Shown in pieces: positions 7,024 to 16,688 of a stretch of 64,000 nt of DNA. The stretch lies in assembly GCA_027486555.1 (NCBI GenBank), contig JAIXOX010000135.1:2802-66801 (forward strand), read 5' to 3'. Each line of letters starts with the position of its first letter. Positions within the stretch are counted from its first letter, which is position 1. The translations under genes and the position numbers were made by a program. The notes below the pieces were generated by a model. The model did no database searches, had not been told where the DNA came from, and was given only the letters and a program-made list of their open reading frames with translations. Source of the stretch: Comamonadaceae bacterium. Its GTDB lineage: Bacteria; Pseudomonadota; Gammaproteobacteria; Burkholderiales; Burkholderiaceae_C.

Positions 7024-8193
7024 TCAGCGAACCACAGCGATCTGTGAACGCTCGCCACCTTTGTAGGTGTAAATGGTCAAAGCGCCATTCTTCACATCGC
7101 CTTTTTCGTCAAAGGAAATGTCGCCGGTCACGCCTTTGTAAGTGATGCTCTTGAGAGCAGGCAGGTACTTGGCTGGATCAGCGGAGCCTGCGTTGACCAT
7201 GGCTGTGGCCATGATTTTGACAGCGTCGTAAACGTAAGGAGCGTACACCTGGACGTCCGCGTTGTACTTGGCCTTGAAGTCTGCGCGGAACTTGTCCATG
7301 CCCACTTTTTGCTCGCCTTCAACGCCACCGGCTTCAGCGCAAACCACAGCTTCGTCTTTCATGGCGTCGCCAGCCAGTTTGGCCAATTCAGCGGTGCAGA
7401 TGCCATCGCCACCCATGAACTTGGCTTGAATGCCCAAGGACTTCATTTGACGCAACATCGGGCCAGCCACAGCATCCATGCCGCCGAAAAACACGACGTC
7501 GGGCTTCTTGGCCTTCAAGGTGGTCAGGATAGAGTTGAAGTCAGAGGCTTTGTCGGTGGTGAATTCATGACCAACGATGGTGCCACCAGCAGCAGTAACG
7601 CTCTTTTTGAACTCTTCGGCCACACCTTGGCCGTAAGCGGTGCGGTCATCGATCACGGCGATGTTTTTGCCCTTGAGCGTCTCAACGGCGTATTTACCGA
7701 GTGTGCCGCCCAAATGGACGTCGTCAGCCACCACGCGGAACGCACCGGCGTAACCTTGGCGTGTGTACTTGGGGTTGGTGGCCGATGGTGAAATTTGAGG
7801 AATGCCCGCAGTGTTGTAAATCTGTGAAGCAGGAATGGTGGTACCGGAGTTCAGGTGACCGATCACGCCATTGACTTTGGCGTCCACCAGTTTCTGGGCA
7901 GCAGCAGTGCCCTGCTTGGGATCAGCTGCGTCATCTTCAGCCAGCAATTCGAACTTGACGGCTTTATCGCCGATCTTCAGGCCAGCAGCATTGAGCTCTT
8001 CGATGGCCATGCGAGCGCCATTTTCGTTGTCTTTGCCCAAGTGGGCGATTGCGCCACTGACAGGGCCTACGTGACCAATTTTGATCACTTGAACGTCAGC
8101 CACGGGGGCTTCTTTTTTACCGCAAGCTGCCAAGGCAACAGCGGCAACAGCAACAGCCACAACGGTCAAAGTACGATTACCAGAAAATGTCAT
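7024..8193 (-). CDS. livK: Branched-chain amino acid ABC transporter substrate-binding lipoprotein
   Basis: Lipobox LAAC, KIGHVGPVSG, GHLNSG, DRTAYGQG and YDAV motifs. Confidence 0.9.
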   Translation of the reverse strand: MTFSGNRTLTVVAVAVAAVALAACGKKEAPVADVQVIKIGHVGPVSGAIAHLGKDNENGARMAIEELNAAGLKIGDKAVKFELLAEDDAADPKQGTAAAQKLVDAKVNGVIGHLNSGTTIPASQIYNTAGIPQISPSATNPKYTRQGYAGAFRVVADDVHLGGTLGKYAVETLKGKNIAVIDDRTAYGQGVAEEFKKSVTAAGGTIVGHEFTTDKASDFNSILTTLKAKKPDVVFFGGMDAVAGPMLRQMKSLGIQAKFMGGDGICTAELAKLAGDAMKDEAVVCAEAGGVEGEQKVGMDKFRADFKAKYNADVQVYAPYVYDAVKIMATAMVNAGSADPAKYLPALKSITYKGVTGDISFDEKGDVKNGALTIYTYKGGERSQIAVVR

Positions 8194-8298
8194 AAAAACT
8201 CCAAAGAATAAATTGCTTCAATCAAGCAACTCCTTAAGATACTTCAAAAACGACATCTTGTGACTCAGGGAAAACCAAATTTCTCTTTGAGAAAATGG

Positions 8299-8574
8299 CT
8301 AAAGCGGTCTATTTTGGTAACTTTCGCTGCGCTTGCGCCAGAGTTCTTGAAGGGTTTGTTGCACCAATTGCGCCGTCATGCGGTCCAACTCGGGCCGCAG
8401 ATTCTGAATCAGCACGCCAGACAGATCGAGCAGCGCTTGTTTTTCTGCCATCCTGGCATCTAAAGCCAGTTGCAGTGCGGTCGGGAAAGAGTCAGGTTGA
8501 AGGCGGTCAGTGAGCAAAGGAATTGGCCCAAGGTGCGGATGTGTGGCGTTTTTTTCAGTGCTGCCTTCGCTCAT
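8299..8574 (-). CDS. Small hypothetical protein coupled to holC
   Basis: 4-nt overlap with the holC stop; IPLLTD motif then an amphipathic helix. Confidence 0.55.
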   Translation of the reverse strand: MSEGSTEKNATHPHLGPIPLLTDRLQPDSFPTALQLALDARMAEKQALLDLSGVLIQNLRPELDRMTAQLVQQTLQELWRKRSESYQNRPL

Positions 8575-9005
8575 GTTTCAGCCTTTTTTGAAAGATCGTG
8601 CTGTTCCAGATCAAACCCTTGAGCTTTGTAATGTTTCCACCGATGACGCGCCTCGGAGAGGCCATGCTCATCCTTGGCAACGACTTCTATCAATCGTTCA
8701 AATCGCTCAAATGCTGGAGGCACTTGGTCACCGAGATTGATCAGAACGGTCAAATCGTGTCTTTGCAAGGCCTGTTCGCCCAAGAACAAGGCGCTGGCTT
8801 GCTGCACCAAGGGTGGGTCATCCGAGGTGCAATGCGCCAAAAATTCAGTCTCAGAAAACGACCAAAGTGCTTGATCCAAGCGTTGCAGAGTGCTGGCTTC
8901 ACCGAGCACAGCCACTCGAAATCCTTGCAACCGCGCCTTGCGCAATAAGCGGCTGGTGTAAATCAAACGTTCTTGGGTATTGAAATGGAATTCAATGCGC
9001 GTCAT
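8571..9005 (-). CDS. holC: DNA polymerase III subunit chi
   Basis: MTRIEFHFN start at 9005, LDQALWSFSETEFLAH, INL, RLIEVV, ARHRWKHY; adjacent to pepA. Confidence 0.9.
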   Translation of the reverse strand: MTRIEFHFNTQERLIYTSRLLRKARLQGFRVAVLGEASTLQRLDQALWSFSETEFLAHCTSDDPPLVQQASALFLGEQALQRHDLTVLINLGDQVPPAFERFERLIEVVAKDEHGLSEARHRWKHYKAQGFDLEQHDLSKKAET

Positions 9006-9037
9006 AGATGGAATGGACTCAGTCAGCTCGAACCCAC

Positions 9038-10543
9038 TCAAGCGACCTTTCGCTTGGCTTTGGTTTTGACTGTGCTTGTCTGCTGTGGCGTTGTCTTGGC
9101 TGCGGACACCAAATATTGCAGGAGTAATCCAACAGGACGACCAGTCGCACCTTTTGCAGCCCCACTGCGCCAGGCGGTCCCAGCAATGTCCAGGTGCGCC
9201 CAAGCAAAAGACTTGGCAAAGCGTTGCAAAAATTTGGCCGCAGTGACCGAACCAGCAGCACGACCTGCTACGTTGGCGACGTCCGCGAATTTGGATTTCA
9301 AACCCTCGGCGTAGTCGTCGTCCAAGGGCATGCGCCAGCAGGTATCGCCCGCTGTTTCACCGGCTTGGTAAATTTCTTGAGCGAGCGGGTCATCGCTTGA
9401 AAACAAGCCCGACCTGACTGCACCCAAAGCGACGACGCAGGCCCCTGTGAGGGTGGCGATGTCAATCACCGCCTTGGGTTTGAATCGCTCAGCGTAGGTC
9501 AAGGCATCACAAAGAACCAGTCGGCCTTCTGCGTCGGTATTTAGAATTTCAATGGTTTGCCCACTCATGCTGGTGACCACATCGCCGGGTTTGACGGCCT
9601 GTCCATCGGGCATGTTTTCAGTGGCAGGTATGAGCCCAACCACGTTGATGCTTGGCCTGATCTCACCCAAAGCTTTGAAAACCCCCAAAACACTGGCAGC
9701 ACCGCTCATGTCGTATTTCATTTCGTCCATCTCGGGGGCCGGTTTGATGGAGATGCCGCCGGTGTCAAAGGTGATGCCTTTGCCCACCAGGACAACGGGC
9801 GCTTGAGCGGCAGCAGCACCGTTGTAGCGCATCACGATGAAGCGCAATGGTTCCGATGCACCTTGCGCCACGGCCATGAAAGCCCCCATGCCCAACTTGG
9901 CGACTTCTTTAGGGCCTAACACGTCGCATTTAAAAGAGCGTCCGGTGGCAATGCTTTGAGCTGCTTGGGCCAATTGTGTGGGGGTAGCGTGGTTTGCCGG
10001 ACGGTTGGCCCACTCTTTGGCCACTTCAATACCGCTGACCAAGGCCTGTGCGTAAGCCACACTCTCTACCGCATCGGCTTGTACCGAGGTCAAACTGACC
10101 TGCACTTGCTTGAGGCTGCGCAATTTGGGCTGACTCAAGGTGGTGGCGTAACTGTAAGAGGCATCGGCGAGGCTGACCAATGCGGCTTGAATGCTTTGCG
10201 ATGCACAATCACCGGCCATGTGGATGCCCAAATGCTTGATTTTAAAAGACTTCAAGCACAGCCAAGCGGCTTGAATGGCGGCACGAACGGCGCTGGGCGA
10301 GTTGTCTGCACTGCAAACCACCACCACATGCCGCGCTTTGATGTCTGGGTGCGCGTAAAGTGCAAGGGTGCTGTTGGGCTTGAGCTCAAAATCCCCATTT
10401 TTGCAGGCTCCACTCAAAAGACGCGAAATGGGGTCCGTTGCGGCGGAGTCAGGCAAGGTGGCGTCAGGCCACAAAAAAATCAAACCGTCAAAATCGCCCC
10501 GTGTGACAGATAAGAGCGTCCGCTTTTGGATTTCGAAGTTCAT
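9038..10543 (-). CDS. pepA: Leucyl aminopeptidase (M17)
   Basis: GKGITFDTGG, MKYDMSG, NTDAEGRL, ATLTGA. Confidence 0.97.
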   Translation of the reverse strand: MNFEIQKRTLLSVTRGDFDGLIFLWPDATLPDSAATDPISRLLSGACKNGDFELKPNSTLALYAHPDIKARHVVVVCSADNSPSAVRAAIQAAWLCLKSFKIKHLGIHMAGDCASQSIQAALVSLADASYSYATTLSQPKLRSLKQVQVSLTSVQADAVESVAYAQALVSGIEVAKEWANRPANHATPTQLAQAAQSIATGRSFKCDVLGPKEVAKLGMGAFMAVAQGASEPLRFIVMRYNGAAAAQAPVVLVGKGITFDTGGISIKPAPEMDEMKYDMSGAASVLGVFKALGEIRPSINVVGLIPATENMPDGQAVKPGDVVTSMSGQTIEILNTDAEGRLVLCDALTYAERFKPKAVIDIATLTGACVVALGAVRSGLFSSDDPLAQEIYQAGETAGDTCWRMPLDDDYAEGLKSKFADVANVAGRAAGSVTAAKFLQRFAKSFAWAHLDIAGTAWRSGAAKGATGRPVGLLLQYLVSAAKTTPQQTSTVKTKAKRKVA

Positions 10544-10566
10544 AATTGCGCTTTTCCTTTTTGCCA

Positions 10567-11673
10567 ATGTTATTCCATTCCACCCTGCGCAAAGACCTTG
10601 CGCGCAATTTTGGTGCTGCGCTGGTCATTCTGGTGACCATTGTGATGACCATCACTTTGATCCGGACGCTTGGCCAAGCCAGTCGAGGCAGCGTCAACCC
10701 TTCTGACGTGGTGTTGGTCATGAGCCTGAGCGTATTGGGGCAAATGACGACCATTGCCACTTTGAGTTTGTTCATCACCGTGGTTGCCACCTTGTCGCGC
10801 ATGTATGCAGACAGTGAAATGGTGATCTGGTTTTCAAGTGGGCGAGGCCTGGGCAACTTCATTTGGCCCCTTTTCCGATTCACTTGGCCCATTTTGACCA
10901 TGATTGCCATGCTGGCATTGTTCATTTGGCCTTGGAGCAACCAGCAAGTAGAAGACCTCAAGCAACGCTTTGAGAAACGCAATGACGTTGAGCGCATTGC
11001 ACCCGGTCAGTTTCAAGAGTCAGCGGGAGGCAATCGGGTCTTTTTTATCGACAAGGACAGCCCTGGACAACAATGGGGCAACAACGTTTTTGTTTCAAGT
11101 CGTGATGGCAGCACGGAAAGTGTCACCACCGCCACCCAAGGACGCATAGAACGGGTGGGACCTGACCGATTTTTGCTGCTTGAAAAAGGACAGCAATGGT
11201 GGACGAATTTGGTCAGTGGCGAAACCCGTTTGACTCAATTTGAAAAATACCAGTTGCTGATTGACTCTGACGCAGTGGTGGCAGGCGATCGCAGCAACAG
11301 TCGATTGAAGTCCACGCTTGAATTGATGCGGGACTTTACGCCCACTCACCAAGGCGAGCTGTCTTGGCGTCTGGGCTTGAGTCTTGCGGGCATCAATTTG
11401 GTTTTGATCGCTTTGGCCATGTCTGCAGTCAATCCCAGAGCAGGGCGCAGCTACCACCTGGGTTTGGCTTTGTTTGTCTTTATCGCTTACTACAACTTGC
11501 TGAGTGTGGGGCAAAACTGGATTGCAAATGGGCGGGTAGGCTTTGGCTCTTTCATGGTTCAACTGCATGGCGGGATGTTGCTCTTGGCCTGCATATGGCT
11601 GGCTTTGCGGCACATGAATTGGACTTGGCGAAGCTTGTGGCGTCGTGTTGCGCCGACAGGAGGTGCCGCATGA
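10567..11673 (+). CDS. lptF: LPS export ABC transporter permease LptF
   Basis: Divergent from pepA, six-TM pattern, DSEMVIWFSSG, ELSWRLG. Confidence 0.9.
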   Translation: MLFHSTLRKDLARNFGAALVILVTIVMTITLIRTLGQASRGSVNPSDVVLVMSLSVLGQMTTIATLSLFITVVATLSRMYADSEMVIWFSSGRGLGNFIWPLFRFTWPILTMIAMLALFIWPWSNQQVEDLKQRFEKRNDVERIAPGQFQESAGGNRVFFIDKDSPGQQWGNNVFVSSRDGSTESVTTATQGRIERVGPDRFLLLEKGQQWWTNLVSGETRLTQFEKYQLLIDSDAVVAGDRSNSRLKSTLELMRDFTPTHQGELSWRLGLSLAGINLVLIALAMSAVNPRAGRSYHLGLALFVFIAYYNLLSVGQNWIANGRVGFGSFMVQLHGGMLLLACIWLALRHMNWTWRSLWRRVAPTGGAA

Positions 11674-12776
11674 AAACGGTCCGAACTCTGCTGCACGGCG
11701 AAATTTTTCGGGCCGTTTTATTTGTGTTGGCTGGTTTTTTGGCTTTGTTTTTGTTTTTTGACCTGGTTGACGAACTCCAAGCCCTCGACAGGTATGCGTC
11801 TCAAGGCTATCGCATGCAGCATGCCTTGTTGTTCATTGCGCTCAAAACGCCCAACCATCTCTACGAGTTGATGCCCATTTCGGTCTTGATTGGCAGCATT
11901 TTTGTGATGGCCCGGCTGGCGCAAAGTTCTGAGTTCACCATCTTACGAACCGGGGGACTCGAGCCATGGAAGGCACTGAACCTGCTCCTTCAACTTGGTT
12001 TGATTTTTGTAAGTCTGACGTTTCTCTTTGGTGATTACGCGTCACCTTGGGCCGAGCGCCAGGCCCAACACATCAAAACAAAATTTCAGGGCAACTTGAC
12101 AGTCGGCCAGACGGGTGCTTGGCTCAAGGAAAAACAAGATCAACAACAATTTGCGGTCAATGTACGTCGATTTGATGGCATTGCACAGATGCAAGACATT
12201 CGCATTCATGCCTTTAACAGCCAGGGTCGTTTACTCTCGATCACCACAGCAGCAACAGGGGAAATCCTGCCAAACGAATGGCAATTGAAACAAGTTCAAG
12301 AAAAAACACTGCTCAACGAGCCGTCAAATGGACTTGAAAGATACCAAGCCCTGCAGCACGCCCAGTTGACGTGGAAGACCACGATCAGCGCAGACATGGT
12401 GGCAGCGGCCTTACTCAGCCCGGACACCATGAGCACTTGGGATCTGTTCAATTACATGCGGCATTTGACAAGCAACAAGCAAAATGCCCAGCGGTATGAA
12501 ATTGCGTTTTGGCGCAAGGTTTTTTACCCTTTGAGCTGCTTGGTGATGCTGGTCCTCGCCATGCCCTTTGCTTATTTGCACTTTCGCTCTGGACAGATTG
12601 CAGGCCATGTTTTTGGTGGCGTTCTTGCAGGCATCAGCTTCACATTGCTCAACAATGTTTTCGGTCACATTGGGAATTTACAAAATTGGCAACCGTTGCT
12701 CACGTCTGCTGCACCGGCTTTGATTTACAGCGCCATATCTTTGGCTGCTTTTTGGTGGATGGTGTTGAGGCGATGA
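11670..12776 (+). CDS. lptG: LPS export ABC transporter permease LptG
   Basis: ATGA overlap with lptF; LAQSSEFTILRTGG, GAWLKE, FWRKVFYPL. Confidence 0.9.
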   Translation: MKTVRTLLHGEIFRAVLFVLAGFLALFLFFDLVDELQALDRYASQGYRMQHALLFIALKTPNHLYELMPISVLIGSIFVMARLAQSSEFTILRTGGLEPWKALNLLLQLGLIFVSLTFLFGDYASPWAERQAQHIKTKFQGNLTVGQTGAWLKEKQDQQQFAVNVRRFDGIAQMQDIRIHAFNSQGRLLSITTAATGEILPNEWQLKQVQEKTLLNEPSNGLERYQALQHAQLTWKTTISADMVAAALLSPDTMSTWDLFNYMRHLTSNKQNAQRYEIAFWRKVFYPLSCLVMLVLAMPFAYLHFRSGQIAGHVFGGVLAGISFTLLNNVFGHIGNLQNWQPLLTSAAPALIYSAISLAAFWWMVLRR

Positions 12777-13165
12777 TGCAAAAAGAAAACATAAAAAAAG
12801 GCGTCATCTTGTTTGCGCATGGATCACGCGATCCACTTTGGAGACTGCCCATGGATGCCGTCGTGCAACGCATGCTGGAGCAACAGCCAGATGTTGCCGT
12901 GAGCTGTGCCTTTTTGGAACTGACCAAGCCGGACTTGCCGCAAACCGTTGAAGCGTTGATGAAACAAGGCATCGAGCACCTGCGCATTGTTCCCATGTTT
13001 TTAGGTGTTGGGCGTCACGCCAGGGAAGACCTGCCCTTGTTGGTCAAGGACTTGGTTCAAGCTTATCCCCAAATGTGCTTTGAGTTGATGCCGCCCATTG
13101 GTGAGCACCCTGCCATGACCCAGCTCATGGCCGACATTGCCGGCGGGCCAAGCAAGCAGCAATAG
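12773..13165 (+). CDS. CbiX/SirB-family single-domain sirohydrochlorin chelatase
   Basis: LFAHGSRDP, AFLELTKP, PMFLGVGRHAREDL; ATGA overlap with lptG. Confidence 0.85.
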   Translation: MMQKENIKKGVILFAHGSRDPLWRLPMDAVVQRMLEQQPDVAVSCAFLELTKPDLPQTVEALMKQGIEHLRIVPMFLGVGRHAREDLPLLVKDLVQAYPQMCFELMPPIGEHPAMTQLMADIAGGPSKQQ

Positions 13166-13208
13166 ATGTTTAAAGCATAATATACGAAATCAATATAACA
13201 TTTCGCAT

Positions 13209-14150
13209 ATGAATCTTCACCAATTTCGCTTTGTCCAAGAGGCGGCACGTCGCAACCTCAACCTCACTGAAACGGCCAAAGCCCTGCACACATCCCAACC
13301 GGGTGTGTCCAAAGCCATCATCGAGCTTGAGGAGGAGCTTGGAATAGAAATTTTTGCTCGCCATGGCAAGCGGCTCAAGCGGATCACGGAGCCTGGCGAA
13401 CAGGTGCTGCGCAGCATTGAACTGATTTTGCGTGAGGTCAGCAATTTACGCAAAATCGGCGACCATTACAGTGCCCAGGACAGTGGCACCTTGTCGATCG
13501 CCACCACCCACACGCAAGCGCGTTACGTGCTGCCCCTGCCCGTGGCCAAATTGCGCGACAAATACCCCAAGGTCAACATCAGCCTTCACCAAGGTGCCCC
13601 AGACCAGGTGGCCAAAATGCTGCTGGATGACACCGCCGAGATTGGCATTGCCACCGAGTCGCTCTCGGCTTACGAAGATCTTGTGACACTGCCTTGCTAC
13701 GAATGGCAACACGTTCTCGTGCTGCCATTGGACCATCCACTGGCAGCAAAAACTTCACTGTCTTTGGAAGACATTGCCAGCGAACCACTGATCACTTACC
13801 ACCCCTCATTCACCGGTCGCAGCCGCATCGACCAAGCCTTTGCGGCCAAAAAAATCACCCCCCGCATTGCGCTGGAAGCCATCGATTCGGACGTCATCAA
13901 AACCTATGTGCGCTTGGGATTGGGCATCGGCATTGTGGCCGAAATGGCCGTGCAAGACGATCCGGTCAAAGACCTGGCCGTGCGCCCCTTGGGCCAACTG
14001 CTCGGCATGAATGTGGCCCGCGTGGCCTTCAAGCGCGGGGCCTATTTGCGCCAGTTTGTTTACCAATTTGCGGAGTTGCTGAGCGACCGCCTCACCGCAC
14101 CGCTGATCGCCAAAGCCATGACGGGCCACGTCAACGATTACGAACTCTGA
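13209..14150 (+). CDS. cysB: CysB/Cbl-family LysR regulator
   Basis: MNLHQFRFV..NLNLTETAKALHTSQPGVSK, IATTHTQARY, DSDVIKTYVRLGLG. Confidence 0.9.
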   Translation: MNLHQFRFVQEAARRNLNLTETAKALHTSQPGVSKAIIELEEELGIEIFARHGKRLKRITEPGEQVLRSIELILREVSNLRKIGDHYSAQDSGTLSIATTHTQARYVLPLPVAKLRDKYPKVNISLHQGAPDQVAKMLLDDTAEIGIATESLSAYEDLVTLPCYEWQHVLVLPLDHPLAAKTSLSLEDIASEPLITYHPSFTGRSRIDQAFAAKKITPRIALEAIDSDVIKTYVRLGLGIGIVAEMAVQDDPVKDLAVRPLGQLLGMNVARVAFKRGAYLRQFVYQFAELLSDRLTAPLIAKAMTGHVNDYEL

Positions 14151-14173
14151 TCACCGCCTCCCCCCCTTTGCAT

Positions 14174-15343
14174 ATGACCGTCAACAGCCCCGCTCTCATC
14201 TCCAAGGCGCCCCACATGGGCACCAACATCTTCAGCGTCATGTCTGCCCTGGCCGCCGCAAAAAAAGCCGTGAACCTTGGCCAAGGCTTTCCAGACTTTC
14301 CGTGTGATCCCCGACTCACCGACTTGGTGGGCGACGCCATGCGCGAGGGCCACAACCAATACCCGCCCATGCCCGGCGTGGCCCCGCTGCGCGAAGCCGT
14401 CGTCACCAAAATTGAAGCCTTGTACGGCCGCCGTTACAACCCGAGCACTGAAATCACAGTGACCGCAGGTGCCACCCAAGCCATCTTGGCCATCATTTTG
14501 GCCATCGTGCACCCCGGCGACGAAGTCATCGTGCTCGAACCTTGTTACGACAGTTACGTGCCCAACATCGAACTGGCTGGCGGTCGCGTGGTGCGTGTGC
14601 CGCTCACACCGGGCAGCTTCAGGCCCGACTTCGACCGCATCCGCGCCGCCATCGGTCCTCGCACCCGCGCCATCCTGATCAACACCCCGCACAACCCCAG
14701 CGGCATGGTCTGGAGCCGTGAAGAAATGCTCACCCTGCAAGACTTGTTGGCCCCCACCAATGTGGTGCTGATCAGCGACGAAGTCTACGAACACATGGTC
14801 TACGCCCCTTTGCAACATTGGAGCGCCGCGCATTTTGATGGCCTCGCCGCTCGGGCCTTCATCGTTTCCAGCTTTGGTAAAACCTACCACGTCACGGGCT
14901 GGAAAGTTGGCACTGTTGCTGCCCCCGCCGAGTACACCGCCGAGCTGCGCAAAGTGCACCAGTTCATGGTGTTCACCGTAAACACCCCCATGCAACACGC
15001 CCTGGCCCGCTACATGGCCGACCCGGCCCCCTATTTGGAGTTGCCCGCTTTTTACCAACGCAAGCGCGACCTGTTTCGCCAAGGCCTGGCGCAAACCCAC
15101 TTCAAACTCTTGCCCAGTGAAGGCACGTACTTCCAGTGCGTCAACATTTCAGAACTGCAAGTGCCTGAAAAAAACCTGAGTGAAGCCGACTTCTGTCAAT
15201 GGCTCACCGCCGAGATTGGTGTGGCTGCGATTCCCTTGTCGGCCTTTTATGGCAGCGGTTTCGACCAAAAAGTCATCCGGTTTTGCTTTGCCAAAACCGA
15301 GGCGACCCTTTTCGCTGCTCTGGACAAACTCAAAGCCCTTTGA
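14174..15343 (+). CDS. ybdL: PLP-dependent (methionine) aminotransferase, class I
   Basis: NLGQGFPDF, NQYPPMPG, NTPHNPSG, SDEVYEH, SSFGKTYHVTGWKVG. Confidence 0.85.
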   Translation: MTVNSPALISKAPHMGTNIFSVMSALAAAKKAVNLGQGFPDFPCDPRLTDLVGDAMREGHNQYPPMPGVAPLREAVVTKIEALYGRRYNPSTEITVTAGATQAILAIILAIVHPGDEVIVLEPCYDSYVPNIELAGGRVVRVPLTPGSFRPDFDRIRAAIGPRTRAILINTPHNPSGMVWSREEMLTLQDLLAPTNVVLISDEVYEHMVYAPLQHWSAAHFDGLAARAFIVSSFGKTYHVTGWKVGTVAAPAEYTAELRKVHQFMVFTVNTPMQHALARYMADPAPYLELPAFYQRKRDLFRQGLAQTHFKLLPSEGTYFQCVNISELQVPEKNLSEADFCQWLTAEIGVAAIPLSAFYGSGFDQKVIRFCFAKTEATLFAALDKLKAL

Positions 15344-15400
15344 AATCCGAAAAATGGTATCCAAATAGACCTCGCCCATGTACTTGCCCTGAAATCGCTC

Positions 15401-16465
15401 ATGACTCCCCTGCGTACCTGCCAGCTCAAATTCAGACACTGGATCTGTGCTGTTGGTCTGTTGCTCTTGGCTGGCTGCAGCGCCTCTTCGCTGACATCGC
15501 CTGCACCGCACAAGTTGGACGCCGTCGACAAAATCAGCCCCACCCAAGCCATCACGCCCGTGCCCATGCGCTTTGATTTGCCCGGTGGCGATCATCTTGC
15601 CGCACGGGTCTGGACCTCAGTGACGCCCCGGCACATCGTTTTGGGCGTGCACGGTTTCAACGACTACAGCAAAGCTTTTGAACCATTGGCGCAGCACTTG
15701 TCGGGCGAAATGGGTGCCACGGTTTATGCCTACGACCATCGCGGCTTTGGGGCCAACCCGCAGCCCGGCATCTGGCCCGGTGCGGACACACTCTTGGACG
15801 ACCTGCGCCACATCGCGGCACAACTGCGCGTTCGGCACCCGAGCTTACCCATCACGGTGGTGGGCGAAAGCATGGGCGGTGCCCTGGTGTGGGTGGCGGC
15901 TTCTGAATCGCCCGGCTTGGAGGCCGATCAGATTGTGCTGAAGGCCCCCGCCGTCTGGGGCGCGAACAGCATGCCTTGGTACCAGCGGCTGAGCCTGAAG
16001 TTCATGAACGCCGTGGCCCCCGACATGGTATTCACCGGCCGGGGCGTGCGGTCATTGGGCATCACGCCGACCAACGACCCCGAGGTCGCGCGCGACCTGG
16101 GGCGCGACCCGCTGTTCATCAAAGCCACCCGCGTCAGCAGTTTGGCGGGGGTGACAGACCTCATGGGCCGGGCACAAAACCTCAGCACCCTGCCGCTGCA
16201 GCGCAGCCTTGTACTTTACGGCCTGCGCGACCGCATCATCCCCCCCCCGCCCGTGTGCGATTGGTTGACCCACCTGAACGGGGCAAGCTCCCCCGGCGCA
16301 GCGCTGGACTTTGTGGTTTATCCCGAAGGCTGGCACTTGTTGACGCGCCAGCTGCACACCCAAGAAGTATTACAAGACCTGCAGCAGTGGTTGCTGCAAA
16401 GCCCAATGCCCCGGCGTCAAAGCCTGCAGCAAGCCCAACAAGCGGTCTGCACCAAACGTCCTTGA
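15401..16465 (+). CDS. Alpha/beta hydrolase (lysophospholipase-like) lipoprotein
   Basis: Lipobox LAGC, HGFNDY, GESMGG nucleophile elbow, D (GLRDRII) and H (GWHLL) completing a triad. Confidence 0.85.
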   Translation: MTPLRTCQLKFRHWICAVGLLLLAGCSASSLTSPAPHKLDAVDKISPTQAITPVPMRFDLPGGDHLAARVWTSVTPRHIVLGVHGFNDYSKAFEPLAQHLSGEMGATVYAYDHRGFGANPQPGIWPGADTLLDDLRHIAAQLRVRHPSLPITVVGESMGGALVWVAASESPGLEADQIVLKAPAVWGANSMPWYQRLSLKFMNAVAPDMVFTGRGVRSLGITPTNDPEVARDLGRDPLFIKATRVSSLAGVTDLMGRAQNLSTLPLQRSLVLYGLRDRIIPPPPVCDWLTHLNGASSPGAALDFVVYPEGWHLLTRQLHTQEVLQDLQQWLLQSPMPRRQSLQQAQQAVCTKRP

Positions 16466-16605
16466 AAATTTTCTTGATGTTGAGGTTCTTCAACCGATTC
16501 GCTCTTTGTCTTCAATCAAATCGTTTAATCGTTCAACACCCTTTTTCGTGAAATGGATGTGCTCGTTGCCTGTGAGAAGTTCAAAAGCACGACACATCAA
16601 ACAGG

Positions 16606-16632
16606 CTGTCACGGTAATTTCACTGAAATTAC
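16606..16632 (+). promoter_or_regulatory. Operator region of the lipid-modification operon: Pho-box-like repeat plus perfect 9-1-9 palindrome
   Basis: CTGTCAC-N4-ATTTCAC (16606-16623, 11-bp period) overlapping GTAATTTCA-C-TGAAATTAC (16614-16632), ~57 nt before the ATG. Confidence 0.5.
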
Positions 16633-16688
16633 TTCATTTTGAAACGTTAAAAATGTAAAATTTAAGTTTATTTGTAGCCAGTTTATTC

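Noticed and set aside
13694-14173. 160-aa N-terminal extension of the aminotransferase in the ORF track (likewise extensions on holC, lptG, cbiX, nadD, hemF, tolB, tcdA, zipA)
   Set aside because: They overlap the upstream gene in another frame; family-like sequence begins at the downstream ATG used in the features list.
16614-16632. Fur box, because of the 9-1-9 symmetry
   Set aside because: Poor match to GATAATGAT-N-ATCATTATC; kept only as an unassigned operator.
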